From the NCBI GenBank assembly GCA_002269645.1, contig NIVC01001778.1, forward strand, positions 174,401-238,400: a stretch of 64,000 nt of DNA. The letters run 5' to 3'. The translations under genes and the position numbers were made by a program. Positions 1-11,500 of this stretch are shown piece by piece (the stretch's first letter is position 1; each line of letters begins with the position of its first letter). The notes under the pieces are model-generated. The model worked only from the letters and a program-made list of their open reading frames with translations. It ran no database searches and was not told the origin of the DNA. The DNA is from Macrostomum lignano. Taxonomy: Eukaryota.

Positions 1-339
1 CCCCAGGCTAATTATCTCACAGCCTTCTCCCTCATCTTTGCCGGGGTTGAAAAAATCTGACAATGAAGTGAGGAAGCGAGCATGGGGAATTTTCGACGTT
101 TTCAGCGCGCTGAGACTCGGACAGACAGACAGACTGGTGGAGGACAGATTTGGAGATCGAGCGTGTTGAGAAAGATTAGCGCAGGCCCTAATTAGCTTTG
201 TCGCCTATTAAAGCTGGGCGAGTTTTTATTTGGTTCGAAGCTCAAAGTTATGACCGGCTTAAACTATGGCTGACACTCTCGCCTGCTCTCTGCTCCCTCA
301 CCTGATTCCTGTGCGCCGCAGTCTCTGCTTTCCCCGTGC

Positions 340-1235
340 TCCCTTCTCCTTCTCTTCTCCTCTCTCCTCTCTCCTCTCCTCCTTTCTCCTCTCTCCTCTC
401 TCCTCTCTCCTCTCCTCCTTTCTCCTCTCTCCTCTCTCCTCTCTCCCTCACTTCTCTTCTCTCTTCTCTCCTCTCTCCTCTCTCCTCTCACCTCTCTCCT
501 CTCACTTCTCTCCTCTCAATTCTCTCCTCTCACCTCTCTCTCTCCTCTCACCTCTCTCCTCTCACCTCTCTCCTCTCACCTCTCACCTCTCTCCTCTCTC
601 TTCTCTCTTCTCACCTCTCTCTCTCCTCTCACCTCTCTCCTCTCACCTCTCTCCTCTCTCCTCCAGTGGAGTAGCCAGGGGGGGGGGTGGGGTTGGGCGC
701 GGCGGATACCAAAAACCAGGAGGCAAATGAGTGCCTGCGGCGCCAAAATGAGTGCCTGCGGCGCCAAAATGAGTGCCTGCGGCGCTAAAATGAGTGCCTG
801 CGGCGCCAAAATGAGTGCCTGCGGCGCCAAAATGAGTGCCTGCGGCGCCAAAATGAGTGCCTGCGGCGCCAAAATGAGTGCCTGCGGCGCCAAAATGAGT
901 GCCTGTGGCGCCAAAAGTGGCAATGGCATAAGGCATGGCCAGCCAGGCCAACCCGCCCCCCCCCCCAATTGAAATTCCTGGCTACGCTACTGCTCTCCTC
1001 TCTCCTCTCACCTCACTCATCTCTCATCTTTCTCTCTCCTCTCTCCTCTCCTCTCCCATTTCACATCTCACCTTTATCCTCTCTCCTCTCACCTCTCTCA
1101 TCTCTCATCTTTCTCTCTCCTCTCTCCTCTCCTCTCCCATTTCACATCTCACCTTTATCCTCTCTCCTCTCACCTCTCCTCCTCAATCCTCTCTCTCCTC
1201 CATCATCTCTTCTCTCTCCTTTATCCCTCCTCTAT
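340..1235. repeat. Pyrimidine-rich (CTCTCCT)n-type simple repeat, interrupted by a MITE at 664-992
   Basis: Direct: degenerate CTCTCCT/CTCACCT units on both sides of the insertion. Confidence 0.9.
664..992. mobile_element. Non-autonomous DNA transposon (MITE, hAT-like) with an internal 21-bp tandem array
   Basis: TIRs CAGTGGAGTAGCCAGG / CCTGGCTACGCTACTG. CTCTCCTC flanks both sides (8-bp TSD candidate, ambiguous inside a microsatellite). Nine copies of GAGTGCCTGCGGCGCCAAAAT. A second, inverted copy lies at 57792-58099. Confidence 0.8.
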
Positions 1236-1804
1236 CCGCCCCATCACACCGAGAGGATCAACTCCAAAGCAAGCACTAGGGCAATACCGATCGAAAATCG
1301 GGCGAGATTTAAGAACTGCCGCTTGAAAGTTGACCAGCCATGCAGCCCCCCAAAACGCGGTTTTTCATCAGTTCCACTCGCTTTCCTCCTGACCCCGGCG
1401 CGGCCGCCGCCTTATAACCCCCCGCCGAGCCCAAAGTCATTAGCCCACCGCAGCCGCCACCCCCACCCCCGCTGCCTCAGGTGCTAATTGTTTCCTAATG
1501 ATTATTTGCTCACTTGCCCATAACCGCTTTACCGTTCGGCACTCACTTCAAGTTTCCACACGCGGGATTCGTCACACTTGCCAATTTCTCACATCTCGGA
1601 ACTTGAAAATCTTTTTCGAACTAAGAAAAATTGATTTTATAAGCTCGTTCAGGTGTTGGAAATTTTTCAAAGGACCCGTCATTAGGGAAAGCAATTTGCG
1701 GTTAAGGGATTTTTTAGAGTTAGCAGCAAACTTTTTGGAACCCTCTCTGCCCGCGATCAAAGCGATCAAAATTGAATCAAGGAACCGAAAATAGACGTTA
1801 GGGA

Positions 1805-2109
1805 GTAGAGAGCAGTGAGAAGGAGAGAGTAGACAGTAGACAGACAGCAGAGAGAGGACAATAAACAGTAGACAGTAGACATTAGACAGTAGACACTGAG
1901 AGTAGACAGTTGAGAGTAGACACTGAGAGTAGACAGTTGAGAGTAGACAGTAGACAGTTGAGAGTTGAGAGTAGACAGTAGAGAGTAGACAGTAGACAGT
2001 AGACAGTTAAGAGTTGAGAGTAGACAGTTGAGAGTTGAGAGTAGACAGTAGACAGTAGAGAGTAGACAGTTGAGAGTTGAGAGTAGACAGTAGAGAGTAG
2101 ACAGTCGAA

Positions 2110-2143
<34 letters not shown>

Positions 2144-2179
2144 GAGTAGACAGTAGACAGTAGATAGTTGAGAGTTGAG

Positions 2180-2220
<41 letters not shown>

Positions 2221-2650
2221 GAGTAGACAGTAGACAGTAGATAGTTGAGAGTTGAGAGTAGACAGTAGAGAGTAGACAGTAGAGAGTAGACAGTAGACAG
2301 TAGATAGTTGAGAGTTGAGAGTAGACAGTAGACAGTAGAGAGTAGACAGTAGAGAGTAGACAGTAGAGAGTAGACAGAAGAGAGTAGAGAGTAGACAGAA
2401 GAGAGTAGAGAGTAGACAGAAGAGAGTAGAGAGTAGACAGAAGAGAGTAGAGAGTAGACAGAAGAGAGTAGAGAGTAGACAGAAGACAGTAGAGAGTAGA
2501 CAGTAGACAGTAGAGAGTAGACAGTAGACGGTAGAGAGTAGACAGTAGAGAGTAGAGAGTAGACAGTAGAGAGTCGACAGTAGACAGTAGAGAGTAGACA
2601 GTAGACAGTAGACAGTAGAGAGTAGACAGTAGAGAGTACAGAGTAAATAG
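1805..2650. repeat. Heptamer-based minisatellite (AGTAGAC/AGTAGAG)
   Basis: Direct tandem units; these produce the spurious YSLLSTV ORF. Confidence 0.95.
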
Positions 2651-3089
2651 TTGAGAGTAATGTCACAAAGCTATTGCATTATCGCAGTTGGCCAGTGGTA
2701 AAAGCCAGTGACAAGCTAAATTCAATCCAGTTTTTATCAGTTCAGATCGTGGCAGTCCTGTTTCCCAAGCTCGCCCCGAAAATGGAAAGTTGAGTCAGTT
2801 TAACAACATTTCTGACTGCCCAACAAAAACCCAAATTCTTCAGTCTGTTCCCGAATTTCGCTTTGAAGGTGAAATGGAAAGTTAATTGAAAACGAAAAGT
2901 TTCCATTTTTTTCGTTTCCCTGCTCCAGTTGAGATGCAGTGAAAAAATAAGCGAAATTAGGCTTGCACAGGGACCGAGCCAGGACTTCTGGATGAGAAGC
3001 CTGGACTGGATCGGCAACCGGGAAAGTAAAAGCGTCAAAAAGCGGAAATTTCGCCTACAATTTTGCCTAAATGACACTCATGGTTGTGG

Positions 3090-3468
3090 AAGTAGAGAGT
3101 AGAGAGCAGAGAGTAGAGAGTAGAGAGTAGAGAGTAGAGAGTAGAGAGTAGAGAGTAGAGAGTAGAGAGTATAGAGCAGAGAGTAGAGAGCAGAGAGCAG
3201 AGAGTAGAGAGTAGAGAACAGAGAGTAGAGAGCAGAGATCAGAGAGTAGAGAGCAGAGAGTAGAGAGCAGAGAGTAGAGGGCAGAGAGTAGAGAGCAGAG
3301 AGTAGAGAGTAGAGAGCAGAGAGTAAAGAGCAGAGTAGAGAGCAGAGAGTAGAGAGTAAAGAGCAGAGAGTAAAGAGCAGAGTAGAGAGCAGAGAGTAGA
3401 GAGTAGAGAGTAGGGAGCAGAGAGTAGATAGTAGAGAGCAGAGAGTAGTGAGCAGAGAGTAAAGAGCA
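3090..3468. repeat. Heptamer-based minisatellite (AGAGTAG/AGAGCAG)
   Basis: Direct tandem units. Confidence 0.95.
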
Positions 3469-4487
3469 TTTGTTATACGGGTAACTTTCCAACAAAACCC
3501 AGTTTCCAATCTGGAATCCTACACAGTGGTCCCCGAACAGATATATTTTCGTTGAATTGGTTTTTTGACTCCGTTTTTTTACTGCGCAAATCTTTTTTTG
3601 TGATAGCGTGCAGCACTGCGGCTTCTTACAACGGCAGGTATTCAGTCAGCAAATCAAGATGGTTAATTATTTTAGACGCTTTTTGCTTCGCTCCAAAGTT
3701 TTGCACGCAAATGTTCCCGCGGTGGTCAGAAAGTCATTCAAAATAGCTTTGTATGCACACTATAACAACTTCTGCTAAATGTTCGATAATTATTCATCGA
3801 ACAGGAGGAGGCAGATTGAATCAGTTGATTTCGGCAAATCTGTCTCTCAACTTACCTGTCCGCGAGGAATATTGCTTGCTAATAATAATAATTATAATGC
3901 TTTCTTAACACGATAGAAGCGCGGAGGCTGGGGCTCGACAATTTGATGAAGCATAACGATAGGAAGACGATTCTGGAGGCAGGTCCATCCATCTCAGTTA
4001 ATTTAGGCCCCCAGGCAGATTGTCGCATTCAGGTGGCAAAGCACTTCAAAAGATTTGCTAGCTTTTTATGCGCATACTATAACAAAACACAACAATAGCG
4101 GCTTCTGTGGTGGTGATGAGGCGTGACCAAGGTAGAGTGGAGTCTGGGAATGTAGCGTGTTACTCTTTTGATTTCGGGTGACAAAAATTCCATTATAGGG
4201 CGAGCGCAAGGTTCGATTGTTGTTATCAGTTGAAATTAGCTCAGACATCTGGAGGCTGACGGGCAGACAGGCAGGTCAGACATTTCACAGCTGGACTCAA
4301 CTTGGAGATTAAATGCCATTAGGCAAGTAGAGCACAGAGGCGCTGGGTGTGTCGTGCGACCTTTGGCTGCGTTGTTCATTGGTTTCCTTTTGTGAGCCAT
4401 TAGCCTGGCTAATTGAGATTGAGAATCTGTTCAAAGCTTGGAGACTCGAGTGTGGCTTTTTTACTGATTTAGGCTGCATTAAAACTA

Positions 4488-5100
4488 CAGTGACTGAGAA
4501 GAAAGAAGAGTGACTGAGAAGAAAGTAGAGTGACTGAGAAGAAAGTAGAGTGACTGACGAGACAGTAGAGTGACAGAGGAGACAGTAGAGTGACAGGGGA
4601 GGCAGTAAAGTGACAGGGGAGACAGTAGAGTGACAGAGGAGACAGTAGAGTGACAGGGGAGGCAGTAAAGTGACAGGGGAGACAGTAGAGTGACAGGGGA
4701 GACAGTAGAGTGACAGGGGAGACAGTAGAATGACAGGGGAGACAGTAGAGTGACAGGGGAGACAGTAGAGTGACTGAGGAGACAGTAGAGTGACAGGGGA
4801 GACAGTAGAGTGACAGGGGAGACAGTAGAGTGACTGAGGAGACAGTAGAGTGACAGGGGAGACAGTAGAGTGACAGGGGAGACAGTAGAGTGACTGAGGA
4901 GACAGTAGAGTGACAGGGGAGACAGTAGAGTGACAGGGGAGACAGTAGAGTGACAGGGGAGACAGTAGAGTGACTGAGGAGACAGTAGAGTGACAGGGGA
5001 GACAGTAGAGTGACTGAGGAGACAGTAGAGTGACAGGGGAGACAGTAGAGTGACGGAGAAGACAGTAAAGAGATGGGAAAGAAAGCAGAGTGACAGAGCA
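4488..5100. repeat. 20-bp minisatellite GACAGTAGAGTGACAGGGGA
   Basis: Direct tandem units with a GACTGAGGA variant. Confidence 0.95.
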
Positions 5101-5623
5101 GTCAAGCAAATGCTCCAGCAGAGAGCAGCTTCAAAGTATGGAGCACACCACTTTTAGAAGATGCCAAGATGAAAGAAGCTGGAAGCAGAAAGCTCACAGA
5201 GGCCAGAGAGAGAGATATATATATAACGCAGGAAAAATGCGTTGGAAACAAAGGATAAGCAAAGAAAAATGAAGGGCCTATGCATAGTGGAAGATTCGTT
5301 CTGACAGAGATTACAGGCTTACAAATACGGTCAACACTCGGTCCGTAACGAAGTTGTCAGCTTTTTCTTGGGAAAACATCGACTTATTATTGAATCAGGG
5401 CGATACTCTCTCTGTTGCTAAGTTAATTCTTTTACAGCCTTGGGGCCTTTGGTTCAAGGGGGTGTATGAGTCTTCTGGTCTCAATGTGCAGGGGTCCAGT
5501 GTTTACTGCCAAAGTTGAAAGTGATGTCTTGTGACAGAAAATATTGGGCATGAAAGCGTCAAAGAAAAACCTGAATAATGATAGGGCTATGAAGAACAGA
5601 AAATCATTAAGTAGCTTCCGTGT

Positions 5624-6361
5624 CAATGATTCAGCAGCCTCAGTGTCAATGATTCAGCAGCCTCAGTGTCTATGATTCAGCAGCCTCAGTGTCAATAATT
5701 CAGCAGCCTCAGTGTCAATGATTCAGCAGCCTCAGTGTCAATGATTCAGCAGCCTCAGTGCCAATGATTCAGCAGCCTCAGTGTCAATGATTCAGCAGCC
5801 TCAGTGTCAATGATTCAGCAGCCTCAGTATCAATGATTCAGCAGCCTCAGTGTCAATGATTCAGCAGCCTCAGTGTCAATGATTCAGCAGCCTCAGTGTC
5901 AATGATTCAGCAGCCTCAGTGTCAATGATTCAGTAGCCTCAGTGTCAATGATTCAGCAGCCTCAGTGCCAATGATTCAGCAGCATCAGTGTCTATGATTC
6001 AGCAGCCTCAGTGTCAATGATTCAGCAGCCTCAGTGTCTATGATTCAGCAGCCTCAGTGTCAATAATTCAGCAGCCTCAGTGTCAATGATTCAGCAGCCT
6101 CAGTGTCAATGATTCAGCAGCCTCAGTGTCAATGATTCAGCAGCCTCAGTGTCTATGATTCAGCAGCCTCAGTGCCAATGATTCAGCAGCCTCAGTGTCA
6201 ATGATTCAGCAGCCTCAGTATCAATGATTCAGCAGCCTCAGTGTCAATGATTCAGCAGCCTCAGTATCAATGATTCAGCAGCCTCAGTATCAATGATTCA
6301 GCAGCCTCAGTGCCAATGATTCAGCAGCCTCAGTATCAATGATTCAGCAGCCTCAGTGTCC
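5624..6361. repeat. 23-bp minisatellite TCAATGATTCAGCAGCCTCAGTG (~32 copies)
   Basis: Direct tandem units with few substitutions. Confidence 0.97.
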
Positions 6362-7005
6362 AAGAATCATGTTAGAAAGCATCTAACTACGGGGAATCTG
6401 ATAGATTATTAATATTCAGAATCAGATTTATCGCCAGCCCTACACCAGAGCTAACTTGTGTGCGTGTTGGGGCTCGGGTCCAAGGCGCACAGATGTAACT
6501 GCAGATCCGGCATGTAGATCTATTATCATTTGAAATCGTGTTTCGAATGAAGCGCAACACAGAGCCAGAGGGGCCAATGACTGTGGCAGTTCTCAAGTTA
6601 CCCTTCTCAAATCTATAAATGAAATTGTCTTTGTAGCGAATACTCTTTGTCTTAGTCTTTGTATTTCGTGACTTTGTGCTTTTAAAGAATTTTACAATAC
6701 GATAACGGGAGCACGCAAAAGCAATGAAAGCTGATATCTGTTATGTGTGCTGTCAGCCAGGTAAGAACAGAATTTCTTCTTTACAAACTCGGGTCCAAAG
6801 CTAATTATGCTGTCAGAGCGGGGTGCTCTGTGTGGAGACACGGTTGTGCTAACATGCTCACGGTATAGGCTCATCTGTCCTTGAATCTGCTGGCGAAGCT
6901 CGAAAAAGATTAACAAAAAACTTCACTTGCTTCTATAAACATAGTAGACAGTGAGACAGTCTCCGAGTTTGAAGCTGGAGTCGGAGATGAGGCAGATTAT
7001 TTGAG

Positions 7006-7706
7006 ATGGGGATGGATTTAGGGATGGAGATGGGGATGGGGATGGGGATCGAGATGGGGATGGGGATGGGGATGGGGATGGGGATGGGGATGGGGATGGG
7101 ATGGGGATCGAGATGGGGATGGGGATGGGGATGGGGATGGGGATGGGAATGGGGATGGGGATGGGAATGGGGATGGGGATGGGATGGGGATCGAGATGGG
7201 GATGGGGATGGGGATGGGGATGGGGATGGGGATGGGGATGGGGATGGGATGGAGATAGAGATGGGGATGGGGATGGGGATGGGGATGGGGATGGGGATGG
7301 GGATGGGAATGGGGATGGGGATGGGATGGAGATAGAGATGGGGATGGGGATGGGATGGGGATGGGGATGGGGATGGGGATGGGGATGGGGATGGGGATGG
7401 GGATGGGATGGGGATGGGGATGGGATGGAGATAGAGATGGGGATGGGGATGGGGATGGGGATGGGGATGGGGATGGGAATGGGGATGGGGATGGGATGGG
7501 GATCGAGATGGGGATGGGGATGGGGATGGGGATGGGGATGGGAATGGGGATGGGGATGGGATGGAGATAGAGATGGGGATGGGGATGGGGATGGGGATGG
7601 GGATGGGATGGGGATGGGGATGGGGATGGGATGGAGATAGAGATGGGGATGGGATAGGGATGGGGATGGGGAATGGAGATTGGGATAAAGATAGAGATGG
7701 GGATGG
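7006..7706. repeat. (GGGATG)n hexamer repeat
   Basis: Direct. Confidence 0.97.
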
Positions 7707-8094
7707 AGAAACTAAAAAAAGTAAACAGCTGGAAATTCACCCGTCAAAGACACAAAACTCTGACTCGCCTGACTTCATGCGCTTCAGCGCAAAACAAGCA
7801 GCCGAGCTGAACACATGGGGCATGAGAAACGAGCTCATTTTTATCAGAATCCGAAAGCCGTCAAAAACTGGTATTGCACTGTATAGCATGAATTCTACAA
7901 TACTACTGGGGATGTGCTAAACACACTACTTACAAGATAGCAAATGAGTAGTATATAGGGAGCATACGCATTGGGTTATTATTTTTGTAATACATTTTGC
8001 ATATAGCCTTGAATAATGGATTTGTAGTTGCTTTCAGAGTAAAAGCGTAATAAGTTACTGCAAATTACTATGGCAGACATCCCATCTGACAAGA

Positions 8095-8555
8095 AACATC
8101 TCAAAGACACCTCTGACACAGACATCTCAAAGACACCTCTGACACAGACATCTCAAAGACACCTCTGACACAGACATCTCAAAGACACCTCTGACAACAG
8201 ACATCTCAAAGACACCTCTGACACAGACACCTCAAAGTCACCTCTGACACAGACATCTCAAAGTCACCTCTGACACAGACATCTCAAAGACACCTCTGAC
8301 ACAGATATCTCAAAGACAACCCTGACACAGACATCTCAAAGACACCTCTGACACAGACATCTCAAAGACATCTCTGACACAGGCATCTCAAAGACACCTC
8401 TGACACAGACATCTCAAAGACACCTCTGACACAGACACCTCAAAGTCACCTCTGACACAGACATCTCAAAGACACCTCTGACACAGACATCTCAAAGACA
8501 CCTCTGACACAGACATCTCAAAGACATCTCTGACACAGACATCTCATCTGACACA
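8095..8555. repeat. 26-bp minisatellite ACAGACATCTCAAAGACACCTCTGAC
   Basis: Direct tandem units immediately 3' of the TRP gene stop codon. Confidence 0.95.
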
Positions 8556-8579
8556 GGCATGTGTCCCTCCAACAGAAAT

Positions 8580-11500
8580 TTATTCAGGTAAGTCCAAAGC
8601 TGACTGGAACTGGCTTCCATCGCCCGTAGCATCCTCTGAAGAACTTTCCGTCGCGTGAACCTGCAGCTGGTAGTTTGGTGGCGGAGGGACTTCCAACGTT
8701 TGCTGCTGCTGCTGCTGTTGTTGTTGCAGAATCTTCTCCAGCATCGAGCGCAGGTCTTTCATCTGATCGTCCAACGAGGCCAAACGTCGTTCCACCGCTT
8801 GAATCGGCGGCTGCTGCTGCTGCAGCTGCTCAGCCGGCGTCGCCGCCGCCGCAGTCTCCCCGGTTGACTCGGTGAAGTGCCGACTTCGATTCGACTTCAC
8901 CAAACCCAGGTAGAGTTCGGCTCGTTTCGATCGCATAGCAACGGCCTGGACAGCCAGGTAGTAGACGAACTTTAACACGGCGGACTCTCTGCGGACTCCG
9001 CGCAGACGGCGAAGCATCGTGGCGCGGTGACGACCCAGTCTGGTGTTGTGAAGGCAGCGAGGCGCCCGCAGTCGTTGCAGCAGCAGGTAGACGGCCTGCA
9101 GGATGTTCAGCGGTGGCGGCAAGGCCAGACGACGTTGAAATTCTTCGACGGTGTAGTGACGACTGTAGTACCTGGTTGAGAAGGGGTTCGGGTGTTCCTA
9201 TGTCACGCGTGGGTCGAAGCTGGGTCGAGTTTGGTCAAGGATGGGTCAAGGATGAGCCAAGGATGGGTCAAGGATGGGTCAAGGATGGGTCAAGGATGGG
9301 TCAAGGATGGGTCAAGGATGGGTCAAGGATGGGTCAAGGATGGGTCAAGGATGGGTCAAGGATGGGTCAAGGATGGGTCAAGGATGGGTCAAGGATGGGT
9401 CAAGGATGGATCAAGGATGGGTCAAGGATGGGTCAAGGATGGGTCAAGGATGGATCAAGGATGGGTCAAGGATGGGTCAAGGATGGGTCAAGCACAAACC
9501 AAAAGACTCTCACCACACCGATGTGCTATTCCCGTGGATCTGGTCAACAGTCTTGCTGAACAGGGCAATCAGCAAGTTCAACAGCAGCACGTTGGTGACC
9601 AGGATGAACAGGAAGTTCAGCGCGGTCGGCACCAGAACCCGACCGATTTCGTGTGGACAGCCGGCCTCCTCGCAGGCGAGTCCTTTGAGCTCTTCGACAA
9701 AGAACTCGCCTACGGTGATGTAGAAGGCCTTCTCGATGAGGTTGACCCACACGCGCTGCATCTCCCAGCGGCTGCTGTGAAGGTCCTCACAAGTCTCGTT
9801 ACCCTTAGCCGCGGGCGCAGACCTGCGCTGATAGTAGCCGTTGGGGTACAGCAGCGACTGCAGCGAGACGCCGAAGGCGGCCATGAAGATGCCGAGAACG
9901 AGCAGGAATGGCAGCAAATCGGTGACGAGCATCTCGCAGATCATGCGAATTTTCGGCCCGATGGCCTTGAAGATGACGGCGTAGAACAGGAGGCGGCAGT
10001 ACAGCAGGAACAGGCAGACGCAGTACAGAACTCTGATCCAGTAGTACCGGCTGTCCACGAAATCTGGGACGCAGGACATACGCTCCACCTGGGAGTCGTA
10101 TGGGATTGGAAGGAAAGATGTAGAATTGGGGAACTTTTTCTGGAAAGATTGAAGTGTCAGAGACTGTTCTAGGGTGTCAGAGACTGTTCTAGGGTGTCAG
10201 AGACTGTTCTAGGGTGTCAGAGACTGTTCTAGGGTGTCAGAGACTGTTCTAGGGTGTCAGAGACTGTTCTAGGGTGTCAGAGACTGTTCTAGGGTGTCAG
10301 AGACTGTTCTAGGGTGTCAGAGACTGTTCTAGGGTGTCAGAGACTGTTCTAGGGTGTCAGAGACTGTTCTAGGGTGTCAGAGACTGTTCTAGGGTGTCAG
10401 AGACTGTTCTAGGGTGTCAGAGACTGTTCTAGGGTGTCAGAGACTGTTCTAGGGTGTCAGAGACTGTTCTAGGGTGTCAGAGACTGTTCTAGGGTGTCAG
10501 AGACTGTTCTAGGGTGTCAGAGACTGTTCTAGGGTGTCAGAGACTGTTCTAGGGTGTCAGAGACTGTTCTAGGGTGTCAGAGACTGTTCTAGGGTGTCAG
10601 AGACTGTTCTAGGGTGTCAGAGACTGTTCTAGGGTGTCAGAGACTGTTCTAGGGTGTCACTCTCGGACAGTCCAAGATTAGTAACCAACGCTAACCTCCG
10701 CTCCGGTGGTGAGGTCGAGTCCCAGCTTGGCAAAGAAGCCCAGGTAAAACAGGCCAATGCTCGCCAGATCCATCACGTTCCACATGTCGCCAAGGTAGAT
10801 TAGCGGACTTTTACAATTGCGACACTCGATGGCCTCCTCGACAACCAGGCCGACAAACCAGACTGCTATGAGAGTCTCCAGACGGTTCAGTCTCGAGTGG
10901 AAATGGAAGAGCACAGTGCTAGTGAGCAGGGCCAGCAGCACCAGGTGTGACAGCAGGTGGTACTGGAACTTCACGGACGGAGAGCTCAGAAACTGGCCGA
11001 GGCTGGACAGTGCTCTGCGCAGATCCGAGCCCGATCTGCAGTCGCTGTCGTCGCCGCGGTCCAGCTCGTTCAGCAGCTCCTCGAGGCCGTGGTCGTTGCT
11101 GGCGAAGCCGACGCCACCGCCGATGCCACCGCCGCTGCTTCTGCCGCTGCCTTCGCCGACTGACTGCGGACCTCGACGACGCCCCAGGTTGCCGCGGGAC
11201 CCGCTGATCGACGGCGGCTCCTCTTCTTCCTCTTCTTCTTCCTCCTGGTTGACTTCGTCGGGAGCATCGGCTCCGGCTTCGGGTTTGTCGTTGAATTGCT
11301 CGTCTCCTTCGACATCCAGTTGGAGCGGCTGATGCCTGTCTTCTGGCGGCGCTGCCTGGTGGTGGGGTTGGTTGGGGATTTTAGATTTGAGATGGGAATG
11401 GGGATGGGGGTGGGGATGGGGATGGGGATGGGGATGGGGATGGAGATGGGGATGGGGATGGAGATGGGGGCGGCGATGGGGATGGGGATGGGGATGGGGA

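Noticed and set aside
248-7740. Many long ORFs such as LSPLSS, YSLLSTV, TVSPVTLLS, MGMGMG and HPHPHP
   Set aside because: They are translations of stop-free tandem repeats; no family motifs or splice context.
5624-10659. 23-, 26- and 20-bp arrays as possible CRISPR repeats
   Set aside because: The units are contiguous with no unique spacers and there are no cas genes; the context is eukaryotic introns.
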